Both the position numbers and the translations under genes were made by a program. The notes under the pieces were generated by a model. That model was not told where the DNA came from. It did no database searches and was given only the letters and a program-made list of their open reading frames with translations. From an uncultured Gammaproteobacteria bacterium (GTDB lineage: Bacteria; Patescibacteriota; Microgenomatia; UBA8517): a DNA stretch of 64,000 nucleotides. Each line of letters starts with the position of its first letter. Positions within the stretch are counted from its first letter, which is position 1. The stretch lies in contig CAZRGC010000001.1 in the NCBI GenBank assembly GCA_964599625.1, positions 179,388 to 243,387 of the forward strand. Reading direction: 5' to 3'. This document shows positions 36,839-45,612 of this stretch, piece after piece.

Positions 36839-38215
36839 ATGGCAGATTTGATGGAAAAAGTGGTGGCACTTGCAAAACGAAGAGGTTTTGTTTTTCCAAC
36901 ATCCGAAATTTACGGAGGATTGGCAAATTCCTACGATTACGGTCCTGCGGGTAGTGAGCTTCTCAGAAACATTAGAAACATTTGGTGGAAGAATTTTGTA
37001 AATGACCGGGAAGATATGGTAGGCCTTGATTCGCAGATACTTCTACATCCGGAAACTTGGGTTGCGTCCGGACATGTCGGCGGATTTTCTGACCCAATGG
37101 TTGAAGATTTGGTAACTCACAAAAGATACCGGGTGGATCATCTCATTGAACCCACTTTATCCAAAGATGATAAAGTGGTCGAAGACATGACCTTGGATGA
37201 AATGGCTGATTACATCAAGTTAAACAAGGTAAAAAGTCCGGACGGTAACGATTTGGGCGAGGTGAAACAGTTTAATTTACTTTTTGAGACTGGTATCGGA
37301 ACAGTTGGCGGAGACAAGTCTAAAGTATATTTGAGGGGGGAAACTGCACAGGGAATATTTACAGACTTCAAACAGGTTTTGGATTCTTCAAGGGTTAAAT
37401 TACCCTTTGGTGTGGGGCAAATCGGTAAGAGTTTCCGAAACGAAATCACAACGGGGCAATTTATATTTAGAACACTGGAGTTGGAACAGGCCGAGATTGA
37501 ATATTTCTTTGATCCTGAAACTACTGACTGGGAAAGAATTATGAATGAGTGGAAAGAGTCTATGATAAGTTTTGTTACCGAAACACTTGGTGTCAAAAAA
37601 GAAAACATACAATGGAGGAGGCATACCGACAAAGAACGCAGTTTTTATAGCAAAGACACTTATGATTTGGATTACAAATTCCCATTTGGTTGGAAGGAAT
37701 TATGGGGAATTGCCTACAGAACAGACTACGACCTAAAGCAGCACATGGAGCACTCCGGAATGAGTCTGGAATATACAGACCCTTCCACGGGACGCAAGTT
37801 TGTTCCGCATGTTATAGAACCTGCTGTAGGGGTAAACAGGATCTTTTTGATGCTTCTTTGTGATGCATATTCGGAAGAAGAAGGGCGTGTGGTTTTAAAA
37901 CTAAATCCAAGGGTTGCCCCATATAAAGTTGCCGTATTTCCGCTTCTTGCAAACAAACTTGAGTTGGTGGCAAAGGCAAGGGAAGTTTATTCGCAACTGA
38001 AGTCAGACCTTGTGGTTTTGTGGGACGACAGGGGCAATATCGGAAAAAGATATTTTGCTCAGGATGAACTCGGTACTCCGTGGTGTGTAACTGTTGACTT
38101 TGAAACACTTAATGACAGATCGGTAACAGTAAGAGATCGAGACACAATGAAACAGGAAAGAGTGGCCATTGACAAGTTGAACGATTATTTCCAAAATAAA
38201 CTTAAGAAAGTTTGA
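36839..38215 (+). CDS. glyQS: Glycine--tRNA ligase, dimeric alpha2 type.
   Basis: It has the N-terminus 'RRGFVFPTSEIYGGLANSYDYGPAGSELLRNIRNIWW' and class II motifs. Confidence 0.9.
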   Translation: MADLMEKVVALAKRRGFVFPTSEIYGGLANSYDYGPAGSELLRNIRNIWWKNFVNDREDMVGLDSQILLHPETWVASGHVGGFSDPMVEDLVTHKRYRVDHLIEPTLSKDDKVVEDMTLDEMADYIKLNKVKSPDGNDLGEVKQFNLLFETGIGTVGGDKSKVYLRGETAQGIFTDFKQVLDSSRVKLPFGVGQIGKSFRNEITTGQFIFRTLELEQAEIEYFFDPETTDWERIMNEWKESMISFVTETLGVKKENIQWRRHTDKERSFYSKDTYDLDYKFPFGWKELWGIAYRTDYDLKQHMEHSGMSLEYTDPSTGRKFVPHVIEPAVGVNRIFLMLLCDAYSEEEGRVVLKLNPRVAPYKVAVFPLLANKLELVAKAREVYSQLKSDLVVLWDDRGNIGKRYFAQDELGTPWCVTVDFETLNDRSVTVRDRDTMKQERVAIDKLNDYFQNKLKKV

Positions 38216-38877
38216 TGAAAAAGAATCTAATGCTTCTGGTTGGTATTGCGGTACTCCTTGTTGTGGTAATTGGCGTTTTCGTAATGAAAAACAAAAAAGC
38301 GGAGCCTGTAGATGATGAATCGGACGAAGTTGTGGCCGACTTACCTCAGTCGCAATGGCCTGCAATGTCACTCGTTCCCACACAAGATCCTGCTGTACCC
38401 AAATCTCTGGGCCATTTTTTGGCGATGAAGGTACAAAAAATTAACGTACCAAAAGCAGAGACAATGGATTATTTGTTAGTGTATTCAACCAGTGATGGCG
38501 GACAGCAAGGTGTTCCTGGTTCCGTTAAATTAACGGGGGACACTGTTGAGAAAAAACTGCTTTTGGGTTCGGAATCTTCTGGCAAATTCAGATTCGATGC
38601 CGGGGTAAGCCAGGGGACTATCACACTAACCTTTCGGGATGGAAAAGGAAAATCGCTGGGAAGAATAGTTTCTGATTTTCATTTGCAGTCAGACACTCAA
38701 GAGCTTACTTCAGTAGATGGATCCGTAAAATATACATTGGATAAAACACCCAAAGGAACTTTCTTTGTTACAGTTAAAACATTCCTCGAACCCGCAGGAG
38801 TAGAGTCTGTCTACTGGCAGAACGGGTACGGAATTTATGCTTCCGATGACAAAGAATATCCTGGAAAGTCTTCATAA
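38212..38877 (+). CDS. Hypothetical membrane-anchored exported protein.
   Basis: It has the signal-anchor 'LMLLVGIAVLLVVVIGVFV' and an ATGA overlap with glyQS. Confidence 0.5.
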   Translation: MMKKNLMLLVGIAVLLVVVIGVFVMKNKKAEPVDDESDEVVADLPQSQWPAMSLVPTQDPAVPKSLGHFLAMKVQKINVPKAETMDYLLVYSTSDGGQQGVPGSVKLTGDTVEKKLLLGSESSGKFRFDAGVSQGTITLTFRDGKGKSLGRIVSDFHLQSDTQELTSVDGSVKYTLDKTPKGTFFVTVKTFLEPAGVESVYWQNGYGIYASDDKEYPGKSS

Positions 38878-38892
38878 TTTTTCCACAAAAAA

Positions 38893-38930
38893 GCCATCAT
38901 TCTTAGTTTTTCAACCAGTGTATGATGGCT
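38893..38930. terminator. Hairpin between convergent genes, a possible bidirectional terminator.
   Basis: 'GCCATCAT' (38893-38900) and 'ATGATGGC' (38923-38930) pair, extendable to about 11/12 bp, around a 22-nt loop. It lacks a strong U-tract and overlaps the last codons of the minus-strand gene. Confidence 0.3.
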
Positions 38931-39273
38931 ATTCATTTCTTATCCAAGTCAGGTCCAAAAGAAGACCGATTCCCGCTCCGATAAAGTAAGCAATAAAATC
39001 TCCGGGAAAGTCGAATGTACCTGTTAGAAAGAATATGTTATGGATTTGGAATAGTTGTAAAAACTCAAAGAACACACCGATTCCAAAGGCAATACCAAAG
39101 ATACTGAATGGGTTTGGAGACTCAAAAAGCATTTGAGCAACAAGTTCAATAAAGATAAACGCTGCAAACGCGTATCTTATGTCGTTGCCCCAACTGTCCA
39201 TGAATCTTCCAGCTTCGCCATGAAGATTTTTTGTAAGTATCATGACGACTGCGCCCAGTATCGTTAGAAACAA
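38929..39273 (-). CDS. VanZ-like family small membrane protein.
   Basis: A 4-TM protein with a C-terminal 'FDFPGDFIAYFIGAGIGLL'. It has a TTG start, and an alternative ATG lies at residue 11. Confidence 0.45.
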   Translation of the reverse strand: MFLTILGAVVMILTKNLHGEAGRFMDSWGNDIRYAFAAFIFIELVAQMLFESPNPFSIFGIAFGIGVFFEFLQLFQIHNIFFLTGTFDFPGDFIAYFIGAGIGLLLDLTWIRNE

Positions 39274-39504
39274 AAGACGCAGGAGTATTTTGACTTTTAA
39301 GATGCTACACCTCCTAATTGGTGTACGTGGCTATTGTAACATACTATAAGATAAAAATCAAGTTTTGCCCAAGCTCTTGTGAAGGAACCCTTGACAAGTT
39401 TGTGAAAACAATAGAGAATGGTTAACAATGGTGAGAAATGGTGAAAACCATTTCACACTGAATCAAAATTATTATGAACCTGCCCAGTTCTGTAAATTGT
39501 CACT

Positions 39505-39945
39505 ATGCTTCTTGGAACATATCCAGCGAAAATTGTTGCTGGCAGACGCGCCGCAGTTCCTTCATTGATACGCAAAGAACTTGGACAAAAGTATATCTTG
39601 GCCAGGTGGTATGAAGGTTGTTTGGTGCTCATTGATATAAAAAGCTGGCTTGCAATGTACAAAAGATTGGTTGGAGACACTAAGGTTATTGTCTCGCCAA
39701 TTAGGGATACAGAAAGATTTATCTTGGGATCGGCCTTTGAAGTTGTTCCAGACGAACAGGGCCGAATAGTAATTCCGGAAAGGCTGTTGGAATATTCGGA
39801 AATTAACGAAGACATTTATTTTATAGGTCTGGGGGACAGGGTTGAGATTTGGGACAAGCAAAAATGGGAACAGCGGGAAGCAGGGGTTGTCGCTAACTCT
39901 GCTGATTTTATCGAAGAGTTGGCGGGAAAAAATAGAAGCAAATGA
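39505..39945 (+). CDS. mraZ: Division/cell wall cluster transcriptional regulator MraZ.
   Basis: It has two MraZ half-domains ('AKIVAGRRAAVPSLIRKEL' and 'VVPDEQGRIVIPERLLEY'), is 146 aa and sits first in the dcw cluster. Confidence 0.8.
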   Translation: MLLGTYPAKIVAGRRAAVPSLIRKELGQKYILARWYEGCLVLIDIKSWLAMYKRLVGDTKVIVSPIRDTERFILGSAFEVVPDEQGRIVIPERLLEYSEINEDIYFIGLGDRVEIWDKQKWEQREAGVVANSADFIEELAGKNRSK

Positions 39946-40814
39946 ATAATTATCACGAAACAGTATTACCCGATGAAGCAGTTGAAGCTCTGAATGTAAA
40001 ACCAGGAGGGCTTTATGTAGACGGTACATTGGGAAACGGCGGTCACTCAGAAAAAATATTAGAGATGGGTGGACGTGTTATTGGGATCGACCTTGATCCA
40101 AAAATGATTGAGATTTCAGTAAAAAGATTGGCAAAGTATGGGGGAAAATTTATTCCCGTAAACGGTAATTTCAAAGATATTGATCAGATTGTTCTTTCAA
40201 AAAAAATTGAGTATGTCGACGGAGTTCTTTTGGACTTGGGTGTAACAAACATTCATCTTAAAGATTTAGAAAGAGGTTTTTCGTTTGGCAATCCTGATGC
40301 GGATTTGGATATGAGACTTAATAGAGAAATGCAAGGCGTAAAAGCCGCAGATCTATTAAATGTATTAAGGGAAGATCAGCTTAGAGATCTTTTTGAGATA
40401 ACACTCGATCCGGGTCCTGCGAAATGGCTTACGGGGCGAGTTCTTTTTTCAAGATCCCAAAAACCAATCAAGACAGTCGGAGACGCTCTTGAAATATGTG
40501 AGGGATTAAAAGTGGGTAAGTACGGCCTTAACGAAGCAACTCTGCCGTTTTTGGCGCTTAGGATCGCGGTTAACAGTGAACTTGATAATTTGAAAGAAGT
40601 TTTGCCGAAAATATTAAACATTTTGTCGACAGGAGGAAGAATGGCTGTAATAAGTTTCCATTCAAAAGAAGATTCGATTGTAAAAGATTTTTTTAAAGAG
40701 TCACTGAGTATTGGGTCGCAGATTACTTATAAGCCAATATTGGCAACTGAGGCCGAGCAGATTTCTAATAGAAGATCGAGAAGTGCCAAGCTTAGAGTTT
40801 TTGAGAAGAAATGA
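39942..40814 (+). CDS. rsmH: 16S rRNA (cytosine1402-N4)-methyltransferase.
   Basis: It has 'YHETVLPDEAVEAL...YVDGTLGNGGHSEKIL'. Confidence 0.9.
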   Translation: MNNYHETVLPDEAVEALNVKPGGLYVDGTLGNGGHSEKILEMGGRVIGIDLDPKMIEISVKRLAKYGGKFIPVNGNFKDIDQIVLSKKIEYVDGVLLDLGVTNIHLKDLERGFSFGNPDADLDMRLNREMQGVKAADLLNVLREDQLRDLFEITLDPGPAKWLTGRVLFSRSQKPIKTVGDALEICEGLKVGKYGLNEATLPFLALRIAVNSELDNLKEVLPKILNILSTGGRMAVISFHSKEDSIVKDFFKESLSIGSQITYKPILATEAEQISNRRSRSAKLRVFEKK

Positions 40815-41098
40815 AAATGAAAAAGAATTTTAAAAATTACTTATTATTTGGAATGTTGGGTCTTTTGGCCCTGTCGTCTATATTCCTTACAATAGAGACA
40901 GCGACCACTGGGCTAGAAATTTCTAAGATGGAAAAATCTGAAAAAGATCTGGCAAGACAAAAATCAGAACTCGAACAAACACTTGTTCGGACACTCTCAA
41001 TGGGCGAGCTTCAGGAGAAAAGTTCCGGAATGGGCTTTACCAAACCTTCAAACTTGGTTTATATTACGCCTACGGAGAATGTTGCCAAGCTTCCCTAA
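40811..41098 (+). CDS. ftsL: FtsL-like cell division protein.
   Basis: It is 95 aa with one TM and a coiled-coil-like segment, and sits between rsmH and ftsI. Confidence 0.5.
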   Translation: MKMKKNFKNYLLFGMLGLLALSSIFLTIETATTGLEISKMEKSEKDLARQKSELEQTLVRTLSMGELQEKSSGMGFTKPSNLVYITPTENVAKLP

Positions 41099-41107
41099 AT
41101 ATTTAGT

Positions 41108-42814
41108 ATGAGCGGTAAAATCAGATTTCTTACTTTTGTATTCATATTTCTTTTTGCAGGCGCTTTTTTGAGGTTGTTTTACTGGCAGGTAATTAAAGGC
41201 TCAGAACTTTCGCAGGATGCAAGAGGACAATATACCTCTTCAACAATTACTCAGGCACCCAGAGGGAATATTTTGGCCAATGATGGAAGTTTTTGGGTGC
41301 TTAGGACAGATGTTTGGACAGTCTATGCAGATTCCAAAAAGATCAAAGAAACACCCAGGCTGATATCCGAAAAAATCGCTCCGCTTTTTGTTGAAACAGA
41401 TTCGAAAGCGGATCTATTGGCTGAGTCACAGCGCATCGAAAGTCTATTAAGTAAAAATAGCTCATATATTGTTATCAAAAACAGGGTAAATTCAGATATA
41501 AAAAAGAGCCTTGAAGGTCTAAAGATTGCCGGAATAAATTTTGATGTCAACGAATCACGTTTTTACCCGGAGGCATCTTCTGCAGCCCAAATACTTGGTT
41601 TTGTCGGCAAGAACGACATTGGCGAAAGTGTTGGATACTTTGGTTTGGAGGGATATTACAATCTTTCTTTAAGCGGTAAATCAGGTCTAACAAAAAGACA
41701 AAAAGATGCGCAGGGATCCACAATAATTGTGGATCAAAGTAAAAATATTACTGCAATTTCTGGAGTAGACCTTGTTACAAGCATAGATAAAAGAATTCAG
41801 ATTTTGATCGAAAGCAAACTAAAAGAAGGTATCGAAAAATACGGAGCTTCCCGCGGCAATATAACTGTCATGAACCCAAACACTGGTGAAATATTGGCTA
41901 TGGCCAGTAGTCCCACTTTTGACCCGGGTTCGTATTGGGAATATGGGGACTCTGTTTTCAGGAACCCTGTTATTTCCGACACATTTGAACCGGGAAGTAT
42001 TATGAAAGTAGTTGTGATGGCATCAGGTCTAGATGCAGAAGTTGTTAAACCCGATACTCCCTGTGACATTTGCGGCCAACCGCTAAAACTTGATAAATAT
42101 TTAATCAAAACCTGGAACAATGAATACCATAATGATATATCCATGACAGACGTTATTGTTCATTCGGACAATGTTGGAATGAGTTTTGTTGGCCAAAAGC
42201 TAGGAGCGGACAGACTGTATGATTATTTGGACAAGTTTGGTTTTGGTAAGCCGACTGGTGTGGATTTACAAGGTGAAGTTGCATCTCCTATGAGGCAAAA
42301 GGGAACGTGGAGCATTGTTGATACAGCTACAGCATCCTTTGGTCAAGGAATTGCAGTAACAGGAATGCAGATGATCAAGGCCGTGTCTGCAATTGCCAAT
42401 GGCGGTTATTTGGTAACACCCAGGATTGTCAGTAAAATTCAATCAGAGGACTGGACTGACAGCTTAAGTGGAGGTCGGCCAAAAAGGATAATTAGTCAGG
42501 ACGCAGCCAGGAGTATTACAGAAATGATGGTTAAAGCTGTAGATAACGGTGAGGCCAAGTGGACAAGAACGCCGGGTTACCAAATTGCAGGAAAAACAGG
42601 AACTGCCCAAATTGCCGTTGAAGGCCACTATGATACCGTCAACACAAACCACTCGTTTATTGGTTTTGCGCCTGCTTCAAAACCTGAATTTATAATGCTG
42701 GTTACTCTGAAAACTCCGCAATCTTCGCCGTGGGCCTCTGAAACCGCAGCGCCATTGTGGTTCTCGGTGGCAAAAGATATCTTTCCGTATTTGGGAATCG
42801 CACCATCAGAATGA
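41108..42814 (+). CDS. ftsI: Class B penicillin-binding protein (peptidoglycan D,D-transpeptidase).
   Basis: It has an N-terminal TM plus SxxK 'SIMK', SxN 'SDN' and KTG 'KTGTA'. Confidence 0.85.
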   Translation: MSGKIRFLTFVFIFLFAGAFLRLFYWQVIKGSELSQDARGQYTSSTITQAPRGNILANDGSFWVLRTDVWTVYADSKKIKETPRLISEKIAPLFVETDSKADLLAESQRIESLLSKNSSYIVIKNRVNSDIKKSLEGLKIAGINFDVNESRFYPEASSAAQILGFVGKNDIGESVGYFGLEGYYNLSLSGKSGLTKRQKDAQGSTIIVDQSKNITAISGVDLVTSIDKRIQILIESKLKEGIEKYGASRGNITVMNPNTGEILAMASSPTFDPGSYWEYGDSVFRNPVISDTFEPGSIMKVVVMASGLDAEVVKPDTPCDICGQPLKLDKYLIKTWNNEYHNDISMTDVIVHSDNVGMSFVGQKLGADRLYDYLDKFGFGKPTGVDLQGEVASPMRQKGTWSIVDTATASFGQGIAVTGMQMIKAVSAIANGGYLVTPRIVSKIQSEDWTDSLSGGRPKRIISQDAARSITEMMVKAVDNGEAKWTRTPGYQIAGKTGTAQIAVEGHYDTVNTNHSFIGFAPASKPEFIMLVTLKTPQSSPWASETAAPLWFSVAKDIFPYLGIAPSE

Positions 42815-42829
42815 TACAATACTAACGTT

Positions 42830-44086
42830 ATGACTAAGTTTCTCGTGACCGGTGGGAGAAAACTGGAAGGTGAAGTCAGCCTTTCGGGAAACAAAAACGC
42901 GGCACTCAAGCTGATACCTGCAGCGCTTGTTGCAGATACAAAATCTACATTTACAAATGTGCCGGACATTTCAGATGTTTCGGTAATGGTGGACCTCATC
43001 AGGAAACTGGGTGTAACAATTGAATATTCCGACCACACACTTACAATTGACCCCTCTACAATTACTTCTTATGATTTGGACCCAGATTTATCATCTAAAT
43101 TCAGAGCATCTGTTGTTTTGGCTGCACCACTTTTGGTTAAGTTTGGTAAGGCCATAGTCACCCCGCCGGGTGGCGACCAGATCGGTGACAGACTTTTGGA
43201 TACACATTTTTCAATGATGCAAAAAATGGGTGTCGCTATGCAAAGGAAAGACGGAAGATTCTTCTTGGAGTGGAAAGAAAGGAAAGCAACTTCAATTTTT
43301 CTTGAAGAGGCGTCTGTTACGGCAACAGAAATGGGTCTAATGATGGCCTCCTCACTGGAAAACGAAACCATAATTGATGATGCAGCCACAGAACCGCACG
43401 TAATCGAACTCTCAAACTATTTGAACAAAATGGGTGCAAATATTTCTGGGGGAGGTACAAACAGAATCAGAATCTCCGGAGGAAAACTTAGAGGTGCAGA
43501 ACACCGTGTGGGTGCAGACCACATTGAAGGCGGAACTTTCGCGATTGCGTCTGCCATAACCGGAGGGACTATAAAAATAAACGACTTCGAGCCGGACAGT
43601 TATCACATGATTCTTAAATATCTTGGAGACATGGGGATAAATTACCGTACCGAGAAAAACTCACTGGTTGTTTTGCCTTCAAAACTAAAGTCCAACAGGA
43701 GAAAGTTTCAAACAAGGCCTTGGCCGGGATTTCCAACTGATCTTATGAGCCCTTTTATTGTTTTGGCAACTCAAACCGAGGGTACCGTGCTTTGTCATGA
43801 TTGGATGTACGAATGGAGAATGTTTTTTGTTGACGACCTTATCTCAATGGGTGCAAATATTTTTATTGCTGACCCACATCGGGTTATTGTGAGCGGACCA
43901 ACCAGGCTCATGAGCGACAGACTGTTTTGTAAAGATATAAGGGCTGGTATATCTGTTGTCTTGGCAGCGATGGTTGCTGACGGTAGAAGTACTATTGAAA
44001 ACGTAGAAGTGGTTCAGCGAGGTTACGAAAACATAGATCAAAGATTTCGCGCTCTTGGCGCCGAAATAGTCAAAAAGGACGAATGA
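42830..44086 (+). CDS. murA: UDP-N-acetylglucosamine 1-carboxyvinyltransferase.
   Basis: It starts 'FLVTGGRKLEGEVSLSGNKNAALKLIPAAL' and has a two-domain EPT fold. Confidence 0.9.
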   Translation: MTKFLVTGGRKLEGEVSLSGNKNAALKLIPAALVADTKSTFTNVPDISDVSVMVDLIRKLGVTIEYSDHTLTIDPSTITSYDLDPDLSSKFRASVVLAAPLLVKFGKAIVTPPGGDQIGDRLLDTHFSMMQKMGVAMQRKDGRFFLEWKERKATSIFLEEASVTATEMGLMMASSLENETIIDDAATEPHVIELSNYLNKMGANISGGGTNRIRISGGKLRGAEHRVGADHIEGGTFAIASAITGGTIKINDFEPDSYHMILKYLGDMGINYRTEKNSLVVLPSKLKSNRRKFQTRPWPGFPTDLMSPFIVLATQTEGTVLCHDWMYEWRMFFVDDLISMGANIFIADPHRVIVSGPTRLMSDRLFCKDIRAGISVVLAAMVADGRSTIENVEVVQRGYENIDQRFRALGAEIVKKDE

Positions 44087-45090
44087 CAAAATACAAACAC
44101 AACCAGAAAGTTGTCACTTTTGGTGGTAAAACAGGACACTTCCAACTTTTGAACGGTCTAAAAAAAATCAACGATCCCTCTAAAATAACTGCAGTAGTGG
44201 GGACGTGGGATAGCGGAGGTAGTAGTGGTGTATTGCGAAGCGAACTTGGTGTTTTACCCCCAGGTGATATAAGAGCGTGTCTTTTGGCGCTTATGGAAGA
44301 CGATGAACAGCAAAAGGTGGCGCAAAGGTTGTTTGATGACAGACTGCAAGAAGCAACTGGGCCACTTAAGGGTCATTCTTTGGGAAACTTAATTGGTGTG
44401 CGGCTGGATCACATCTTTCATGGTCAAGACAGGGGAACCGATGCAGAACGTGCTCTGTTTAGAATCCGAGGTGAAGTTTTACCAGCTACAATGACCGACT
44501 TGAATTTGGTAGGGGTTACCAAAAGGGGAATAGAAATTGACGGTGAAACCAATATCGACAACCGGAGTCAGCGCCAAGACTTCAACCCGGAAGACCGGAT
44601 TATGCGAATATATTTCGGAACACATGCCGAAAGTAATCCGCGTGTTCTTGCGGCTATAAAAAATGCGGATAAAATAGTTTTTGCTCCCGGAGATCTTTAT
44701 ACAAGCGTCCTCCCTCATTTGTTGATTGATGGTGTCGCAGAAGCAATACAGAAATCAAAAGCTAAGGTTTATTTTGTTTTAAATTTAACCACCAAAAAGG
44801 GAGAGACTGATTACTTTAAAGCGTCTGATTATGTTAAAGCCTTGGTTTATTATTTGGGAGACAGCGGAAGGTTGAATTACGTTGTGGCAGATAAGGGGGG
44901 TCTTAATGCTGATATTGTTTCGGTATACAAAAAAGCAGGTCAGGAAGTGGTTAAAATAGATGAAGATAACTGTTTGAGCGTCGCGCCAAATGCCAAGATT
45001 GTCAAAGAAAAACTTGGGGAATATTTGAAAAAAGCACACTTACTTAGGCACAATTCGGAAAAACTTGCGGCTGCAATAGTGGATAATTAG
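44083..45090 (+). CDS. yvcK: YvcK/GlmR (UPF0052, CofD-like) family protein.
   Basis: It has 'VVTFGGKTGHFQLLNGLKK...ITAVVGTWDSGGSSGVLR'. Confidence 0.8.
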   Translation: MTKYKHNQKVVTFGGKTGHFQLLNGLKKINDPSKITAVVGTWDSGGSSGVLRSELGVLPPGDIRACLLALMEDDEQQKVAQRLFDDRLQEATGPLKGHSLGNLIGVRLDHIFHGQDRGTDAERALFRIRGEVLPATMTDLNLVGVTKRGIEIDGETNIDNRSQRQDFNPEDRIMRIYFGTHAESNPRVLAAIKNADKIVFAPGDLYTSVLPHLLIDGVAEAIQKSKAKVYFVLNLTTKKGETDYFKASDYVKALVYYLGDSGRLNYVVADKGGLNADIVSVYKKAGQEVVKIDEDNCLSVAPNAKIVKEKLGEYLKKAHLLRHNSEKLAAAIVDN

Positions 45091-45098
45091 AATTAAAC

Positions 45099-45593
45099 TT
45101 ACAACTTTTTTCTCATATACAAAACCCCATCTGTTTGTTTTTTAGCCTTAAACCCTAGGATTTTGTAGACTTTTTTGGCAACCATGTTTTTTGAATTTAC
45201 AGACAACCAAATGCCTGGAGATTCTGCTTCTCTAAAGCGTGTGGTTGTGGTAAATGATTTTATGGCTTCACTCAAAAATATTTTCGAGTATCCTTTCCCC
45301 CTCCCTGATTTATAGATCCTTATTGCCACGGAAAACCTGTAGTCAGGAAATTCGGGCGTAGTTTTTTCCGAAAACCAGGCTATGCCCAACAAATTATCCG
45401 ATTTGTCTGTAAGGGTGTAAATAATTTTATTTTTTTGCCACCTCTTGAAAGTGGTCTTATTTTTAAAACGTACGGTGTCTCTGGTGAACTTTTTAATCAA
45501 AAGATCTGACTTTGATTCTTGAATTAAGTAGGCAATTTGATTATCAGTTATACCCGGTTTGAATATGGTTTCGGGGTCGTTTTGGGCTTGCAT
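45099..45593 (-). CDS. GNAT family N-acetyltransferase.
   Basis: It has motif A 'IYKSGRGKGYSKIFLSEAI' and is 164 aa. It is the only antisense gene inside the dcw cluster. Confidence 0.6.
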   Translation of the reverse strand: MQAQNDPETIFKPGITDNQIAYLIQESKSDLLIKKFTRDTVRFKNKTTFKRWQKNKIIYTLTDKSDNLLGIAWFSEKTTPEFPDYRFSVAIRIYKSGRGKGYSKIFLSEAIKSFTTTTRFREAESPGIWLSVNSKNMVAKKVYKILGFKAKKQTDGVLYMRKKL

Positions 45594-45612
45594 TTGCTAT
45601 AATATAGCACGA

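Noticed and set aside
39274-39504. A regulatory RNA or small gene in the 231-nt gap upstream of mraZ.
   Set aside because: It is AT-rich, has no convincing ORF with an RBS and no strong secondary structure. It is most simply the divergent promoter region for mraZ and the VanZ-like gene; MraZ operator repeats could lie here but I could not identify a clear GTGG/TGGGN repeat series.
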